Positions 43,920-55,421 of a stretch of 64,000 bases of DNA are shown here, in pieces. A program made the translations under genes and the position numbers. A model generated the notes under the pieces. It saw only the letters and a list, made by a program, of their open reading frames with translations. It was not told the DNA's origin and did not search any database. The first letter of the stretch is position 1. Every line of letters starts with the position of its first letter. The stretch covers positions 5,051 to 69,050 of the forward strand of contig CAZDHW010000004.1 of assembly GCA_964505415.1 (NCBI GenBank), in the 5' to 3' direction. The stretch comes from an uncultured bacterium. GTDB taxonomy: Bacteria; Hydrothermota; Tepidihabitantia; Tepidihabitantales; DTDR01.

Positions 43920-46900
43920 AAAAAAGAGATTTTACCAAATATAAACATTCGTGGGAAATTCCGCCTTTACTTTCTATTCAACTGGAATCTTTTCGTTCTT
44001 TCTTTCAATTTGAAAAACCTCCTGAGGAGCGAGAAGAGATTGGTTTGCAAAAAATTTTTAAAGAAATTTTCCCAATAGTTGATACCCATAAACGTTTTAT
44101 TTTGGATTTTGTAAAATATGAAATAAAAGAACCGCGATACTCTCCGGAAGAAGCTTTATTAAAAGGATTAAGTTACGATGCTCCTTTTTATGTAACTTTT
44201 CGCTTTATTAAAGGAGAGCCCGGTAAGGAAAAAGAAGAATTTAAGATTAAGGAAATAATTGAGCAAGATATTTATCTTTTTAATTTGCCATTAATGACCA
44301 AAGATGGCACTTTTATTATTAATGGTAACGAGCGAGTAGTGGTTAATCAATTACACCGTGCTCCTGGTGTTTATCTTATAAGAGAAAAAAGCGATCATTC
44401 TTTGTTGTTGGTACCTTTGAGAGGAGCTTGGTTTGAAATGCTTATCTCTCGAGATAATGATTTTTCAGTGTTACTGGATCGAAAAAGAAAAATACCTTTA
44501 TTTATTTTTCTTCAAGCCTTAGGATATTCACCAGAAGCAGCATTAGAAAAAATTTATCCCGATATGATTATAGAAAAAGAAATAGAAGTAGGAGATATGA
44601 TTGCTCAGCAGACTAATTTGGAAGCCATTTTTATTGGTGAAATAATAACTGAAGGCATTTTGGAATTTTTGCAAAAACAAGGACAGACACGATTGAAATG
44701 TTTAAAAAAAGATGCTCCAGGAATAAAAGTTATCCATAATGTGCTTAAATCACATCCCTTTGTGGATGAAAATGAAGCTCTAAAAAAGATTTATAAAAAG
44801 CTTCGCGGTATTGAACCTACCCAATTATTGACAGCAAGGAATGTCATTGAAGGAGCTTTGTTTGATATTACTCGATTTGATTTAGGAAAATGTGGTCGTT
44901 TCCGGCTCAATCAGATTTTTAATGAAAATATTCCTTTAGAAAAAACAAATTTTGAGAAGGAAGAACTTTTTAAATTAATTCGACGACTTTTAGAATTTTA
45001 TGAACGACTAATTCCACCCGATGATACAGAACATCTATCAGCTAGGAGAGTTCGATCGGTGGGCGAACTTCTAGAACCATATTTTCGGAATTCCCTCATA
45101 GCATTTACTAATCAAGTAAAAGAAAAAATTTTACAACTTGGTGTTAGCAAAATCACTTCTTTAAGAGAATTAATCCAAGGAAAGCCGATAGAAGGAATGG
45201 TATTAAAGTTTTTTACTCAACATCCTTTGTGCCAATATATGGAACAAGTGAATCCTTTATCTTCTTTAATTCATAAAAGAAGAGTTTCAGCTTTAGGACC
45301 CGGAGGTTTAACAAAAGAAACGGCTGGATTTGAAGTCCGAGATGTTCATTATTCTCATTACGGGAGAATCTGTCCAATAGAAACTCCCGAAGGTGCGAAT
45401 ATTGGGTTAATAAATACTATTGCTACTTATAGTAAAATTAATGAATTTGGTTTTATTACTACTCCTTATTGGCGGGTAAAAAATGGAATAGTAACAAAAG
45501 AAATAGTTTACTTAGCTCCTTATGAAGAAGAAGGGTATAAAATTGCTCAATTTACTACTCGTTTAGATGAAGAAAGAAGAATTATTGATAAAGAAGTAGT
45601 GGTGAGATACCGTGGCGACGTTATTACAGTTTCGCGAGAAGAAGTTGATTTTATGGATGTCTCCCCTAAACAACTTTTTTCTCCTTCTACAGTGATGATT
45701 CCTTTTTTGGAGCATAATGATGCTGACCGGGCTTTAATGGGAGCAAATATGCAACGTCAGGCAGTACCGCTATTAAAACCGGAAAAACCCTTAGTAGCCA
45801 CTGGAGTGGAAGAACAGTGGGCAAGAGAATCTGGGGCAGTAGTTATTGCTGAAGAGGATGGAGAAGTAATTAAAGTAGATGCCGAACGAATATTGGTGAA
45901 AACTGTTACTGGTTTAAAAGAATATCGACTTAAAAAATTTAAAAAAACCAATCAATATACCTGTTATAATCAAATCCCTAAGGTTAAAAAAGGAATGAAA
46001 ATAAAAAAAGGAGATTTATTAGCGGATGGTCCTTGTACGGATGATGGTCAATTGGCTTTAGGAAGGAATATTTTAGTAGCCTTTTTGCCTTGGCGCGGTT
46101 ATAATTATGAGGATGCTATTGTAATTTCTGAAAATCTTTTAAAAGAAGATGTGTTCACTTCTATTCAGATATTGGAATTTGAAATACAAGCACGGGAAAC
46201 AAAATTAGGACCGGAAGAAATTACTCGTGATATTCCAGGAGTAACGGAAGAAGATTTAGCTCACTTAGATAAATTTGGAATCGTTCGAATAGGTACGGAA
46301 GTTGGTCCTGGAGATATTTTAGTAGGAAGAATTACTCCCCGAGGAGAAACTGAATTTATGCCCGAAGAAAAATTATTGAGAGCAATTTTTGGTGAAAAAG
46401 CAGCAAATGTTCGGGATACCTCTTTAAGAGTAGAACCCGGAGTTTATGGAACAGTTATTGATGTACAGATTTTTTCTCGGAGGACGGACGATCCTTTAGC
46501 AAAAGAAGTATTTAGAATAAGAGAAGAAGAACTGGAAAAAAGATTTGCTGAGAAAAAAAATTTCCTTATTCAAGAAAAAAATGAAAAATTAAAAAACATT
46601 TTATTAAACGTAGTTGCATCTAAAAATATTAAAGACAAAAAAAATAAAATAATTTTAAAAGAAGGTGAAAAAATTACAGAAGAATTATTTAACTCTGGCA
46701 AAATAGATAAAATTAAAACCGAGGATTTAATCGGGTTGATAAAAAACGAAGAAAAGAAAAAAGAAATTCAAAAAATACTTGAGGAATTTGAGGTAGGATT
46801 AAAATTAATTGAAGTTGAAAGAAAAAAAGAACAGGAAAAATTAAAAGTTGGCGATGAACTTCCGAGTGGAGTACTTAAATGGGTACGGGTTTATATAGCT

Positions 46901-47620
46901 CAAAAACGAAAGATTAGCGTAGGTGATAAATTAGCGGGACGGCATGGAAATAAAGGAGTGATCAGTAAAATTTTACCTGTAGAAGATATGCCTTATTTAC
47001 CGGATGGCACACCAGTAGATATGGTGTTAAATCCTTTAGGAGTTCCATCGCGAATGAATATTGGGCAGATTTTAGAAACAGCTTTGGGCTGGGCAATGAA
47101 AGTACAGGGATGTCAAGCGATAACGCCTATATTTGAAGGAGCAACAATAAAGGAAATAAAAGAAGAATTAAAAAAAGCCGGTTTGCCTGAAGATGGTAAG
47201 ATTACTTTATATGACGGAAGGACAGGACTTCCGTTTAAAGAAAAAGTGGTTGTGGGGTACATTTACATGATGAAATTAATTCATATGGTGGACGATAAAA
47301 TTCATGCCCGATCCGTTGGACGGTATTCTTTAATTACCCAACAACCATTGGGGGGAAAAGCTCAGTTTGGTGGCCAAAGATTTGGCGAGATGGAAGTTTG
47401 GGCCTTAGAAGCTTATGGTGCTGCTTATACTTTACAAGAAATGCTTACTATAAAATCTGATGATGTAGAAGGAAGAACAGAACTTTTTGAATCTTTAATA
47501 AAAGGAACTAATCCACCCACTCCTAAAATTCCTGCCTCTTTTTCAGTATTAGTTAAAGAATTAAGAGGTCTTTGTTTAGATTTGGTACCAATTAATTTAG
47601 AGCGGAGGAAAAATGAGTGA
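43916..47620 (+). CDS. rpoB: DNA-directed RNA polymerase subunit beta
   Basis: 1234 aa. ...RRVSALGPGGL, FLEHNDADRALMGANMQRQAVP, GRHGNKGV, GGQRFGEMEVWALEAYGAAY. Confidence 0.99.
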   Translation: MKKRDFTKYKHSWEIPPLLSIQLESFRSFFQFEKPPEEREEIGLQKIFKEIFPIVDTHKRFILDFVKYEIKEPRYSPEEALLKGLSYDAPFYVTFRFIKGEPGKEKEEFKIKEIIEQDIYLFNLPLMTKDGTFIINGNERVVVNQLHRAPGVYLIREKSDHSLLLVPLRGAWFEMLISRDNDFSVLLDRKRKIPLFIFLQALGYSPEAALEKIYPDMIIEKEIEVGDMIAQQTNLEAIFIGEIITEGILEFLQKQGQTRLKCLKKDAPGIKVIHNVLKSHPFVDENEALKKIYKKLRGIEPTQLLTARNVIEGALFDITRFDLGKCGRFRLNQIFNENIPLEKTNFEKEELFKLIRRLLEFYERLIPPDDTEHLSARRVRSVGELLEPYFRNSLIAFTNQVKEKILQLGVSKITSLRELIQGKPIEGMVLKFFTQHPLCQYMEQVNPLSSLIHKRRVSALGPGGLTKETAGFEVRDVHYSHYGRICPIETPEGANIGLINTIATYSKINEFGFITTPYWRVKNGIVTKEIVYLAPYEEEGYKIAQFTTRLDEERRIIDKEVVVRYRGDVITVSREEVDFMDVSPKQLFSPSTVMIPFLEHNDADRALMGANMQRQAVPLLKPEKPLVATGVEEQWARESGAVVIAEEDGEVIKVDAERILVKTVTGLKEYRLKKFKKTNQYTCYNQIPKVKKGMKIKKGDLLADGPCTDDGQLALGRNILVAFLPWRGYNYEDAIVISENLLKEDVFTSIQILEFEIQARETKLGPEEITRDIPGVTEEDLAHLDKFGIVRIGTEVGPGDILVGRITPRGETEFMPEEKLLRAIFGEKAANVRDTSLRVEPGVYGTVIDVQIFSRRTDDPLAKEVFRIREEELEKRFAEKKNFLIQEKNEKLKNILLNVVASKNIKDKKNKIILKEGEKITEELFNSGKIDKIKTEDLIGLIKNEEKKKEIQKILEEFEVGLKLIEVERKKEQEKLKVGDELPSGVLKWVRVYIAQKRKISVGDKLAGRHGNKGVISKILPVEDMPYLPDGTPVDMVLNPLGVPSRMNIGQILETALGWAMKVQGCQAITPIFEGATIKEIKEELKKAGLPEDGKITLYDGRTGLPFKEKVVVGYIYMMKLIHMVDDKIHARSVGRYSLITQQPLGGKAQFGGQRFGEMEVWALEAYGAAYTLQEMLTIKSDDVEGRTELFESLIKGTNPPTPKIPASFSVLVKELRGLCLDLVPINLERRKNE

Positions 47621-50600
47621 AGAATTTATTTTAATGGATTTTGATGGTTTAAAAATAACTTTAGCTTCTCCAGAAACTATTAGAAGTTGGTCTTATGGAG
47701 AAGTAACAAAACCGGACACGATTAATTATCGAACTCAAAAACCAGAAAGAGATGGGCTTTTTTGTGAGAGAATATTTGGTCCGGTAAGAGATTACGAATG
47801 TAATTGCGGAAAGTATAAGAAAATAAGATTTAAAGGTACTATTTGTGACCGCTGCGGAGTAGAAGTTACTACTTCTTTAGTAAGAAGAGAAAGAATGGGT
47901 CATATTGAATTAGCGGCTCCGGTAGCTCATTTTCTTTTTTATCAAGTGCCGCCTTCAAAAATGGGTTTACTGCTAGATTACACAATTAACGAAATTCAAA
48001 GTATCTTGAATTATCAAATATATGTTGTATTGGAACCCGGCGATTCTCCTTATCGAGTTAAAGATTTAATAGAAGAAGAAGAATATTTAGAGAAGAAAAA
48101 AGAATATGACGGATTTATAGCGGCTACAGGTGCCGAAGCGTTAGAAGAACTTTTGAAAAGAATTGATTTAGAAAAATTAGCAGCTGAATTAAGAGCCCGG
48201 ATTCCTCATGAACAGTCGAGACGGTTTCAATTATTGAGAAGATTACAAATTGTTGAAGCTTTTAAGAATTCGGGCATAAGACCAGAATGGATGATTTTAC
48301 GTGTTATTCCTGTAATTCCCCCTGATTTACGTCCTTTGGTTACTTTAGAAGGGGGAAGATACGCTAGCGCCGATTTAAATGATCTTTATAAAAGAGTAAT
48401 TTCTAGGAATAATCGATTGAAACATCTTTTAAGTACCAAAACTCCGGAAGTGATTCTTAAGTATGAAAAAAGGTTACTGCAGGAGGCCGTAGATGCGCTT
48501 TTCAGTAATGAAAGTAAGCCTAATCCTATAATTGGAAAACAGAATCGTCCTTTAAAGTCGCTTTGTGAATCTCTTCGGGGAAAACAAGGGAGATTTAGAA
48601 GAAATCTTTTAGGTAAAAGAGTTGACTATTCGGGTCGATCAGTAATTGTTGTGGATCCAACTTTAAAACTTCACCAATGTGCTTTACCAAAAGAAATGGC
48701 GTATGAATTATTTAAACCAATGGTGATGAGGAAATTAGAAGAAATGAAAGTTGCTGATAGTCAGAAAACAGCCAAGGCGTTATATAGAAAAGCTCCACCA
48801 GAAGTTTGGGCAGCTTTGGTAGAGGTGACTAAAAACCATCCCGTTCTTTTAAATCGCGCACCAACTCTTCATCGTGTTTCTATCCAAGCTTTTTATCCTG
48901 TATTAGTAGAACATCGAGCAATAGGAATTCATCCATTAGTATGTCCACCTTTTAACGCTGATTTTGACGGTGACACAATGTCTTGTCACGTACCTCTTAT
49001 TCCTGAGGCAATTTTGGAATCTGCTACTCTTTTGCTTTCTTGCAACAATATTCTTTCACCCGCTCATGGGAAGCCATTAATGACACCTACCCAAGATATT
49101 GTAGCAGGTATTTATTTTATAACTAAAGAACATCCAACTGCGCCAAAAATTGATAGAGTATATGATGATTTTTCTGAAATAGTGAGTGGTTATGAATTAG
49201 GAGAATTTTCGATCCATGCTAAAATTAAATTTCGTTATAAAAATGTTACCTATGACACTACTGTGGGTCGAGTTATTTTAAACCATATTTTGCCTGATGA
49301 GCTTAGGTTTGTTAATGAAGTTTTGAATAAAGATAAACTTAATGAACTTGTAGATAAATGCTATCGCAAATTAGGAAGTAAAAGAACAGCTCAACTTTTA
49401 GATGATTTAAAGGATTTAGGATTTGAAATGGCTACTTGTGCGGGAATTTCTTTGGGTATGGATGATATTATTGTGCCCAAGGAAAAAGAAAAAATTATTA
49501 AAGAAGCAGAATCAGAAATTAAAAAAATATTGGAGAGGCACAGAAAGGGATACATTTCTGATTCTGAACGTTATAACATGGTAGTTACTATTTGGAATAA
49601 TGCCACTCAAGAAATTGAAAATAAGCTAATGGAAGAATTAGAAAAATCTCAAAATGGATTTAATCCTCTTTTCCTTCTTATTGATTCCGGTGCCCGAGGT
49701 TCAAAAGCTCAAGCAGTTCAAATTGGTGGAATGAGAGGTTTAATGGCAAAACCCCAAAGAGGAGGAGAAGGTGAGGAAGTTATTGAAACTCCCATTAAGA
49801 GTTCTTTTCAAGAAGGGTTATCAGTGTGGGAATATTTTATTTCTACCCGTGGCGGCAGAAAAGGATTAACCGATACTGCGTTGAAAACAGCTGAAGCAGG
49901 TTATCTTACTCGAAGACTAGTGGATGTCGCTCAAGAAGTAGTAATTACTATGGAAGATTGTGGAACGATTTTGAGTCAAGAAGTGACTGCTTTGAAAGAA
50001 GGAGGAGATATAATTGAATCGTTAGCAGAAAGAATTGTTGGAAGAATAGCTGCTGAGGACATTGTTAATCCGATTACTAACGAAATAATTGTGAAAGAAG
50101 GTGAGGAAATAGATGAAGAAAAAGCTAAAGAGATTGAAAATTGTGGAATTGAGAAAGTAAAAGTTCGTTCAGTTTTGACCTGTCAGGCCCCACATGGTTT
50201 GTGCGCTAAATGCTATGGAAGAAATTTAGCTACTGGTAAGTTAGTTGATGTAGGTGAAGCAGTAGGAATAATTGCCGCTCAATCGATTGGTGAGCCAGGT
50301 ACCCAATTAACATTGAGAACTTTTCATGTAGGAGGGATGGCAACCCATATGGTAGAACAAAATAAAGCAGTTGCAAAATTTGCAGGAAAAATTAAATATG
50401 ATAAACAACTACAGCATTCTGTAAGAAGCGACGGTCAAATAGTTACTTTGAATCCCGGAAAAATAGAGCTTATTGAGGATACCAAAAAAATAGATTACGA
50501 AGTTCCGGAAGGTGCGATTCTTCGAGTAGAAGATGGACAAAGAGTAAAGGAGAATGATATACTATTTGAATGGGAACCATATTCTATTTTAATAATTGCT

Positions 50601-51623
50601 AAAAAAAGTGGAAAAGTGAGATATTGTGATATTGAATTGGGAAAAACTCTTCAAGAAGATATCGATGAAAGGGTAGGGAGAAAAGAAAAAAGAGTTATTG
50701 AGGATCGGGAAAGAATGCGACATCCCAGATTAGAAATTTTAGATGAAACTGGAAAAGTTCTGGAAGTTAAGGAATTACCTAATGACGCATATTTAGTAGT
50801 TGAAGATGGTCAATTAGTAAGACCCGGAGATGTGCTAGCCCGGTTAGTTAAAGAAGTTGTTAGAGCAAAAGATATTACTGGCGGGTTACCGAAAGTGGCA
50901 GAGCTATTTGAGGCCAAGCGGGTGAAAGATCCAGCGGTAATAAGTGATATTGATGGTCGAGTAGAGGTTTCCCCACCTCATATGGGCATGAGAATTGTTA
51001 AAGTTGTGGCTGAAGATGGTAAAACTGAAAGAATTTACAAAATTCCGTACGGTAAATATTTATTAGTTAAAACTGGTGATATGGTGAAAGCAGGTGACAA
51101 ACTATGTGAAGGAGAGGTTGATCCCCACGATGTATTGAGAGTAAAAGGTTGGATGGCAGTCCAAGAGTTTTTAACTAATCGCATTCAAGAAGTTTATCGG
51201 TTACAAAATGTAAAAATAAATGATAAACATATTTCCATTATTGTGCGTCAAATGTTAAAAAAGGTAAAGATAGAAGACCCGGGCGATAGCAATTTTATGG
51301 AAGGTCAAATTGTGGATGCTCAAAAGGTTGATTTAGAAAATCAGCGTTTAACTGCTGAGCATAAACGACCAGCGAGATATACTAGAATTATTTTAGGAAT
51401 TACAAGGGCAGCTTTGCTGACCGAAAGTTGGCTTTCAGCTGCATCTTTTCAGGAGACTACCCGGGTACTTTCAGAAGCGGCTATCGAAGGTAGAATTGAT
51501 TATTTAAAGGGATTAAAAGAAAATGTAATTGTTGGTAGATTAATTCCTGCCGGTACTGGTTTTCGTGAATTTAAAAAAGTAAAAGTAGTAACAAAAGCAG
51601 AAGAAATTAAGGAGGTAGGTTAA
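47613..51623 (+). CDS. rpoC: DNA-directed RNA polymerase subunit beta-prime
   Basis: 1336 aa. Zinc motif CNCGKYKK...CDRCGVEV and catalytic NADFDGD. Overlaps rpoB by 8 nt. Confidence 0.99.
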   Translation: MSEEFILMDFDGLKITLASPETIRSWSYGEVTKPDTINYRTQKPERDGLFCERIFGPVRDYECNCGKYKKIRFKGTICDRCGVEVTTSLVRRERMGHIELAAPVAHFLFYQVPPSKMGLLLDYTINEIQSILNYQIYVVLEPGDSPYRVKDLIEEEEYLEKKKEYDGFIAATGAEALEELLKRIDLEKLAAELRARIPHEQSRRFQLLRRLQIVEAFKNSGIRPEWMILRVIPVIPPDLRPLVTLEGGRYASADLNDLYKRVISRNNRLKHLLSTKTPEVILKYEKRLLQEAVDALFSNESKPNPIIGKQNRPLKSLCESLRGKQGRFRRNLLGKRVDYSGRSVIVVDPTLKLHQCALPKEMAYELFKPMVMRKLEEMKVADSQKTAKALYRKAPPEVWAALVEVTKNHPVLLNRAPTLHRVSIQAFYPVLVEHRAIGIHPLVCPPFNADFDGDTMSCHVPLIPEAILESATLLLSCNNILSPAHGKPLMTPTQDIVAGIYFITKEHPTAPKIDRVYDDFSEIVSGYELGEFSIHAKIKFRYKNVTYDTTVGRVILNHILPDELRFVNEVLNKDKLNELVDKCYRKLGSKRTAQLLDDLKDLGFEMATCAGISLGMDDIIVPKEKEKIIKEAESEIKKILERHRKGYISDSERYNMVVTIWNNATQEIENKLMEELEKSQNGFNPLFLLIDSGARGSKAQAVQIGGMRGLMAKPQRGGEGEEVIETPIKSSFQEGLSVWEYFISTRGGRKGLTDTALKTAEAGYLTRRLVDVAQEVVITMEDCGTILSQEVTALKEGGDIIESLAERIVGRIAAEDIVNPITNEIIVKEGEEIDEEKAKEIENCGIEKVKVRSVLTCQAPHGLCAKCYGRNLATGKLVDVGEAVGIIAAQSIGEPGTQLTLRTFHVGGMATHMVEQNKAVAKFAGKIKYDKQLQHSVRSDGQIVTLNPGKIELIEDTKKIDYEVPEGAILRVEDGQRVKENDILFEWEPYSILIIAKKSGKVRYCDIELGKTLQEDIDERVGRKEKRVIEDRERMRHPRLEILDETGKVLEVKELPNDAYLVVEDGQLVRPGDVLARLVKEVVRAKDITGGLPKVAELFEAKRVKDPAVISDIDGRVEVSPPHMGMRIVKVVAEDGKTERIYKIPYGKYLLVKTGDMVKAGDKLCEGEVDPHDVLRVKGWMAVQEFLTNRIQEVYRLQNVKINDKHISIIVRQMLKKVKIEDPGDSNFMEGQIVDAQKVDLENQRLTAEHKRPARYTRIILGITRAALLTESWLSAASFQETTRVLSEAAIEGRIDYLKGLKENVIVGRLIPAGTGFREFKKVKVVTKAEEIKEVG

Positions 51624-51624
51624 T

Positions 51625-52008
51625 ATGCCAACGATTAATCAATTGGTTAGAAAAGGAAGAAAAAAGATAAAGAAAAAAAGTAAGGCCCCTGCTTTAATGG
51701 GGTGTCCTCAAAAACGAGGGGTATGCATTCGCGTTTACACAACTACTCCTAAAAAACCTAATTCAGCATTGAGAAAAGTTTGTAAGGTAAGATTAAGTAA
51801 CGGACATGAAGTAATTGCTTATATTCCTGGTGAAGGTCATAATCTTCAAGAACATTCTATTGTGTTGATTCGCGGTGGAAGAGTTAAAGATTTACCCGGT
51901 GTAAGATATCACGTAATAAGAGGAGTTTATGATTGTGCCGGTGTTGAAGGCAGAAGACAAAGTCGTTCTTTATACGGTGCCAAAAAACCAAAAGAAACAA
52001 AAAGGTGA
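51625..52008 (+). CDS. rpsL: 30S ribosomal protein S12
   Basis: 127 aa. [12 protein letters not shown]...[12 protein letters not shown]...[14 protein letters not shown]. Confidence 0.98.
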   Translation: MPTINQLVRKGRKKIKKKSKAPALMGCPQKRGVCIRVYTTTPKKPNSALRKVCKVRLSNGHEVIAYIPGEGHNLQEHSIVLIRGGRVKDLPGVRYHVIRGVYDCAGVEGRRQSRSLYGAKKPKETKR

Positions 52009-52016
52009 GGTAAAAA

Positions 52017-52487
52017 ATGGCACGAAGAAAAAGAGCAGAAGTAAGAGAAATTTCTCCAGACCCAGTATATAATTCGGTTCTTGTTCAGAAATTTATAAAT
52101 AACCTAATGTGGGATGGAAAGAAGACAATCGCTCAAAAAATTTTTTATGGTGCTTTAGAACTGATTAAAAAGAAAACTGGAGAGGATGGTTACAGTGTAT
52201 TTTTAAAAGCAATTAATAACGTGAAACCCGTATTAGAAGTAAGACCGCGAAGAGTAGGAGGTGCTACTTATCAAATTCCTGTGGAAGTTTCTCCCCGAAG
52301 AAGGGAATCTTTGGCGATTAAATGGATTATTCGAGCTGCCCGAGAGCGTAGCGAATATAGGATGGTTGAAAGATTGGCTAACGAATTAATCGAAGCTGCT
52401 AAGGGAACTGGTCAGGCAATAAAAATTAAAGAAACTACCCATAAAATGGCCGAAGCTAATCGAGCTTTTGCTCATTTTCGTTGGTAA
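52017..52487 (+). CDS. rpsG: 30S ribosomal protein S7
   Basis: 156 aa. ...DPVYNS.LV.KFIN..M.DGKK..A..I...A; C-terminal [10 protein letters not shown]. Confidence 0.97.
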   Translation: MARRKRAEVREISPDPVYNSVLVQKFINNLMWDGKKTIAQKIFYGALELIKKKTGEDGYSVFLKAINNVKPVLEVRPRRVGGATYQIPVEVSPRRRESLAIKWIIRAARERSEYRMVERLANELIEAAKGTGQAIKIKETTHKMAEANRAFAHFRW

Positions 52488-53073
52488 AAATATTAAAACT
52501 TTAATTATTAACTTCTACCCTTCCAAAAAAGAAGCAAAAATAAGTTTTTATATTGAATTAATAAAAAATTTTAGCAATTATCGAGTAATTCCGGAAAATG
52601 AGTTTTCACTTAGTTTAATAAAAAATTCAAATGCTCTTATTCTTTCTGGCTCTCCCCGAATGCTTTCCCGAGGAGAATATAAAGAAGAATTTTTAGAGAT
52701 ATTAAGAAATATTTCTCTTCCCATTTTAGGAATCTGTTACGGACATCAACTTTTAGCCAAAGCTTTTGGAGCTCAAATTGGTCGGTATCCAGAATTTATT
52801 AAAAAAGAGGAAGAAATTTATATTTTGGATAAAAAAGATATATTTTATAATTTGCCGGATAAGATCGTGGTTAAGGAATTTCATCAAGAATATGTAATAA
52901 AAAATTCTTTAGAAAATACTAATTTAGAAGTTATCGCCTTTTCTCAAACTTGTGAAGTAGAAGCAATAAGACATAAAAAAAGAAAAATTTTTGGCGTTCA
53001 GTTTCATTTAGAACGTTCTGGAGATATCGGATATAAAATAATGAAAAATTTTTACGAAAAAGTTGTTTTTTAA
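52468..53073 (+). CDS. Stand-alone class-I glutamine amidotransferase-like protein (GuaA N-domain-like)
   Basis: 201 aa. Nucleophile elbow [17 protein letters not shown] and His/Glu block FGVQFHLE. The ATG overlaps the rpsG 3' end by 20 nt. Confidence 0.7.
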   Translation: MLIFVGKNIKTLIINFYPSKKEAKISFYIELIKNFSNYRVIPENEFSLSLIKNSNALILSGSPRMLSRGEYKEEFLEILRNISLPILGICYGHQLLAKAFGAQIGRYPEFIKKEEEIYILDKKDIFYNLPDKIVVKEFHQEYVIKNSLENTNLEVIAFSQTCEVEAIRHKKRKIFGVQFHLERSGDIGYKIMKNFYEKVVF

Positions 53074-53108
53074 TTAAATATTCTTTTTCAAAAATTGATA
53101 TTAAAATA

Positions 53109-53137
53109 TTGACAAGTTATTAAATTTTGGTTATAAT
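53109..53137 (+). promoter_or_regulatory. Consensus sigma70 promoter directly abutting the start codon at 53143
   Basis: TTGACA (53109-53114), 17-nt spacer, TATAAT (53132-53137). Only 5 nt precede ATG 53143, so a leaderless mRNA is predicted. Confidence 0.6.
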
Positions 53138-53142
53138 TTTAT

Positions 53143-54081
53143 ATGATAAAAAAATTGTTATTAATAATAATAAATTTTTTTCTTATTTTGGTTATTATGG
53201 AAAATTATAAAGAATATCAACGATTAAACTTTTTAGATGAAGAATATTTAAAAGAAAAAGATAAAATTAATAAGGAAATTTTTTTATTAAAGGAAATTGC
53301 TATTAATTTAGAGAAATTTCGGTTGTTTTTTGAACCTATTTATTTAGAAGAGATTAAGAAATTGGCTAGAAAAAGTGAAATTTTTAAAAATGGCACTTAT
53401 CCAATGCTTATAAATAATTTAGATTATTTAGCTGTTAAGCCGAAAAAAAATGATTTGACGGTTTTCAGTAATTTTAGGATGTTTTTAACCGAGAAGGAAA
53501 AGGAACAAAAAAATAAATTGAATAATTTAGAAATTAATTATAAAAAGTTAAAAGATAAAAGGAAAGAAAAAATATATTGGCAAAATATAATAATTACCTG
53601 CGGATTAATTGCTTTTTTTTTGGTGAATATATTTTTCCCTTTTAAAAATAAAAAAGAAAAAATTTTTAACAATTATCTTTCTTTATTAGAATTACTTAAA
53701 ATTGTGAAAGAAAAAAATGATAAATATTTAGAAAAAATAACTAATTGGGAAAATAAGATCAAAGAATTCAAGAAATCTGGGGAAAATTTGGGTACTTCCC
53801 AGGATTTAAAAGATATTGATAATTATCGAAAAAATTTTGCTTATTGTTTACTAAATCTTCAATTAGGTTTATTGCAAAAAGACCACTTACTTATTAATAA
53901 ATACTTTACAAAGTTTCAACAAATGAAAGAGAAAATTTTAAATTTCCTTATTCAAAATAAGAGCCAATATTTGAATAATTATTTTAAAGAAAGTGAAGAA
54001 ATGATTAATGGTTTTAAAGAAGATTTAATAAATCTTAAAAAAATAATCGGTGAAATCAAAAATTACGAAATAAAAAAATAA
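53143..54081 (+). CDS. Hypothetical 2-TM coiled-coil membrane protein (MCP-like topology, no recognisable signalling motif)
   Basis: 312 aa. TM1 at aa about 4-19, a roughly 130-aa Lys/Glu-rich loop, TM2 (IIITCGLIAFFLVNIFFPF), then a roughly 150-aa predicted coiled coil. I recognise no family signature. Confidence 0.5.
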   Translation: MIKKLLLIIINFFLILVIMENYKEYQRLNFLDEEYLKEKDKINKEIFLLKEIAINLEKFRLFFEPIYLEEIKKLARKSEIFKNGTYPMLINNLDYLAVKPKKNDLTVFSNFRMFLTEKEKEQKNKLNNLEINYKKLKDKRKEKIYWQNIIITCGLIAFFLVNIFFPFKNKKEKIFNNYLSLLELLKIVKEKNDKYLEKITNWENKIKEFKKSGENLGTSQDLKDIDNYRKNFAYCLLNLQLGLLQKDHLLINKYFTKFQQMKEKILNFLIQNKSQYLNNYFKESEEMINGFKEDLINLKKIIGEIKNYEIKK

Positions 54082-54083
54082 TT

Positions 54084-54536
54084 ATGGGAAAAAGTAACTT
54101 TTTAATATGCGAAATTGGTGAAGTGGAATTAGCTTTATCTATTTACGGAATAAAAGAAATTTTGTGGGATGTAAAAGTTTATCCTTTGCCTCAGGTATCC
54201 GAGTACATCATTGGTATTCTTGCTGATGACAAAAAATTAGCTGTGGTAATTGATTTGGTAAAGTTTTTTGGTATAAGTGAAGAAAATAAAGAAAAAATTT
54301 TATTGAAATTTAAAACTGAGGAAATTTTGGTTTTTTTAGCAGTAAAAGATGTTAAAGAAATTATTGAAGTAAAAGAAGAAGAAATTTATCCTTGTCCTCC
54401 CATGTTCTCTTCATTAATCCCTAATTATTATATTAGTAGTTTAATAAAAAAAGAAGAAAGATTTATCCCTATTATAGATATTGCCAAAATTCTTGCTCAT
54501 GAAGAAATAAAACCTTATACAATGATTAGTAAGTAA
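54084..54536 (+). CDS. CheW-like domain protein (orphan)
   Basis: 150 aa. [22 protein letters not shown]...[34 protein letters not shown] aligns block-for-block with the CheW consensus (F..F.....yai....V.EI......tpvP.....v.GvinlRG.i.pViDL...lg). The second half, ...[13 protein letters not shown].....[12 protein letters not shown], matches too. Confidence 0.75.
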   Translation: MGKSNFLICEIGEVELALSIYGIKEILWDVKVYPLPQVSEYIIGILADDKKLAVVIDLVKFFGISEENKEKILLKFKTEEILVFLAVKDVKEIIEVKEEEIYPCPPMFSSLIPNYYISSLIKKEERFIPIIDIAKILAHEEIKPYTMISK

Positions 54537-54544
54537 ATTTTTTC

Positions 54545-54572
54545 TTGACTTTAAAAAGATTTTTAGTATAAT
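54545..54572 (+). promoter_or_regulatory. Promoter of rplM-rpsI-rpsB-tsf-pyrH-frr-uppS-cdsA
   Basis: TTGACT (54545-54550), 16-nt spacer, TATAAT (54567-54572). The ATG at 54586 is 13 nt downstream and there is no SD. Confidence 0.55.
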
Positions 54573-54585
54573 TTTATACAAATTT

Positions 54586-55023
54586 ATGAAAACAACGATT
54601 ATTACAGATAAAAAAATGGTAGAAAGAAAATGGTGGTTGGTAGATGCTAAAGATAAAATCTTAGGTCGATTGGCTTCTAAAATTGCTTTTTTGCTTATGG
54701 GCAAACATAAACCTTATTATACTCCTCATATTGATTGCGGAGATTTTGTTATTGTTATTAATGCTTCGCAAATTAAAGTTACTGGGAAAAAAGAAAAAAA
54801 GAAGATTTATTACTGGCATACTGGTTATCCAGGGGGATTAAAGTCGATGACTTTTGAAGAAATGATGAAAAAAAATCCTAAAAAAGTTATAGAATTAGCC
54901 GTAAAAAGAATGTTGCCAAAAAATCGTTTACTTAAATTTCGCTTAAGAAGGTTAAAAATTTATTTAGATGATAAACATCATCACGAAGCTCAAAAAAAAT
55001 TAATTGTTGAGGCAAAATTATGA
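54586..55023 (+). CDS. rplM: 50S ribosomal protein L13
   Basis: 145 aa. ...[37 protein letters not shown]. Confidence 0.97.
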   Translation: MKTTIITDKKMVERKWWLVDAKDKILGRLASKIAFLLMGKHKPYYTPHIDCGDFVIVINASQIKVTGKKEKKKIYYWHTGYPGGLKSMTFEEMMKKNPKKVIELAVKRMLPKNRLLKFRLRRLKIYLDDKHHHEAQKKLIVEAKL

Positions 55024-55421
55024 GTCAATTTTATTTTGCTTCGGGCAGTAGAAAAGAAGCCGTAGCCAAAGTTTGGCTTTATCTTAAGGCCAGCAATGAT
55101 AATTGGAAATTTATTGTGAACAATCAACCTGCAGAAAAATATTTTGGCCGTTTTGACCTAATTCTTTTGGCTCAACAACCGTTGAAAGTTACTAATCTTT
55201 TAGGACGCTTTGATGTGAAATGCGAAGTGAAAGGTGGGGGGAAATCAGGTCAGGCAGGTGCTATTTCTTTGGGAATTGCTCGGGCATTAGTTAGCTATCA
55301 GCCAGAGTTAAGAAAAATCCTTGCCGATGCTGAATTATTAAAAAGAGATCCTCGAGAAAAAGAAAGATGCAAATATGGATTAGCAAAAAGAAGGAAGAGT
55401 TTCCAATGGACCAAACGTTAA
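55020..55421 (+). CDS. rpsI: 30S ribosomal protein S9
   Basis: 133 aa. ...[12 protein letters not shown]...[19 protein letters not shown]...[25 protein letters not shown]. Confidence 0.97.
   Translation: MSQFYFASGSRKEAVAKVWLYLKASNDNWKFIVNNQPAEKYFGRFDLILLAQQPLKVTNLLGRFDVKCEVKGGGKSGQAGAISLGIARALVSYQPELRKILADAELLKRDPREKERCKYGLAKRRKSFQWTKR

Noticed and set aside
52468-53073. Idea that the ORF after rpsG is a decayed fusA remnant
   Set aside because: The sequence has no GTPase G1-G5 motifs and instead carries intact class-I amidotransferase Cys/His/Glu blocks.
55367-55405. 13-codon N-terminal extension of rpsB given by the ORF track ([13 protein letters not shown]...)
   Set aside because: The conserved S2 N-terminus begins at the Met at 55406 and has an AAGGAAG SD at the right distance. 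The extension lies wholly within the rpsI coding sequence.
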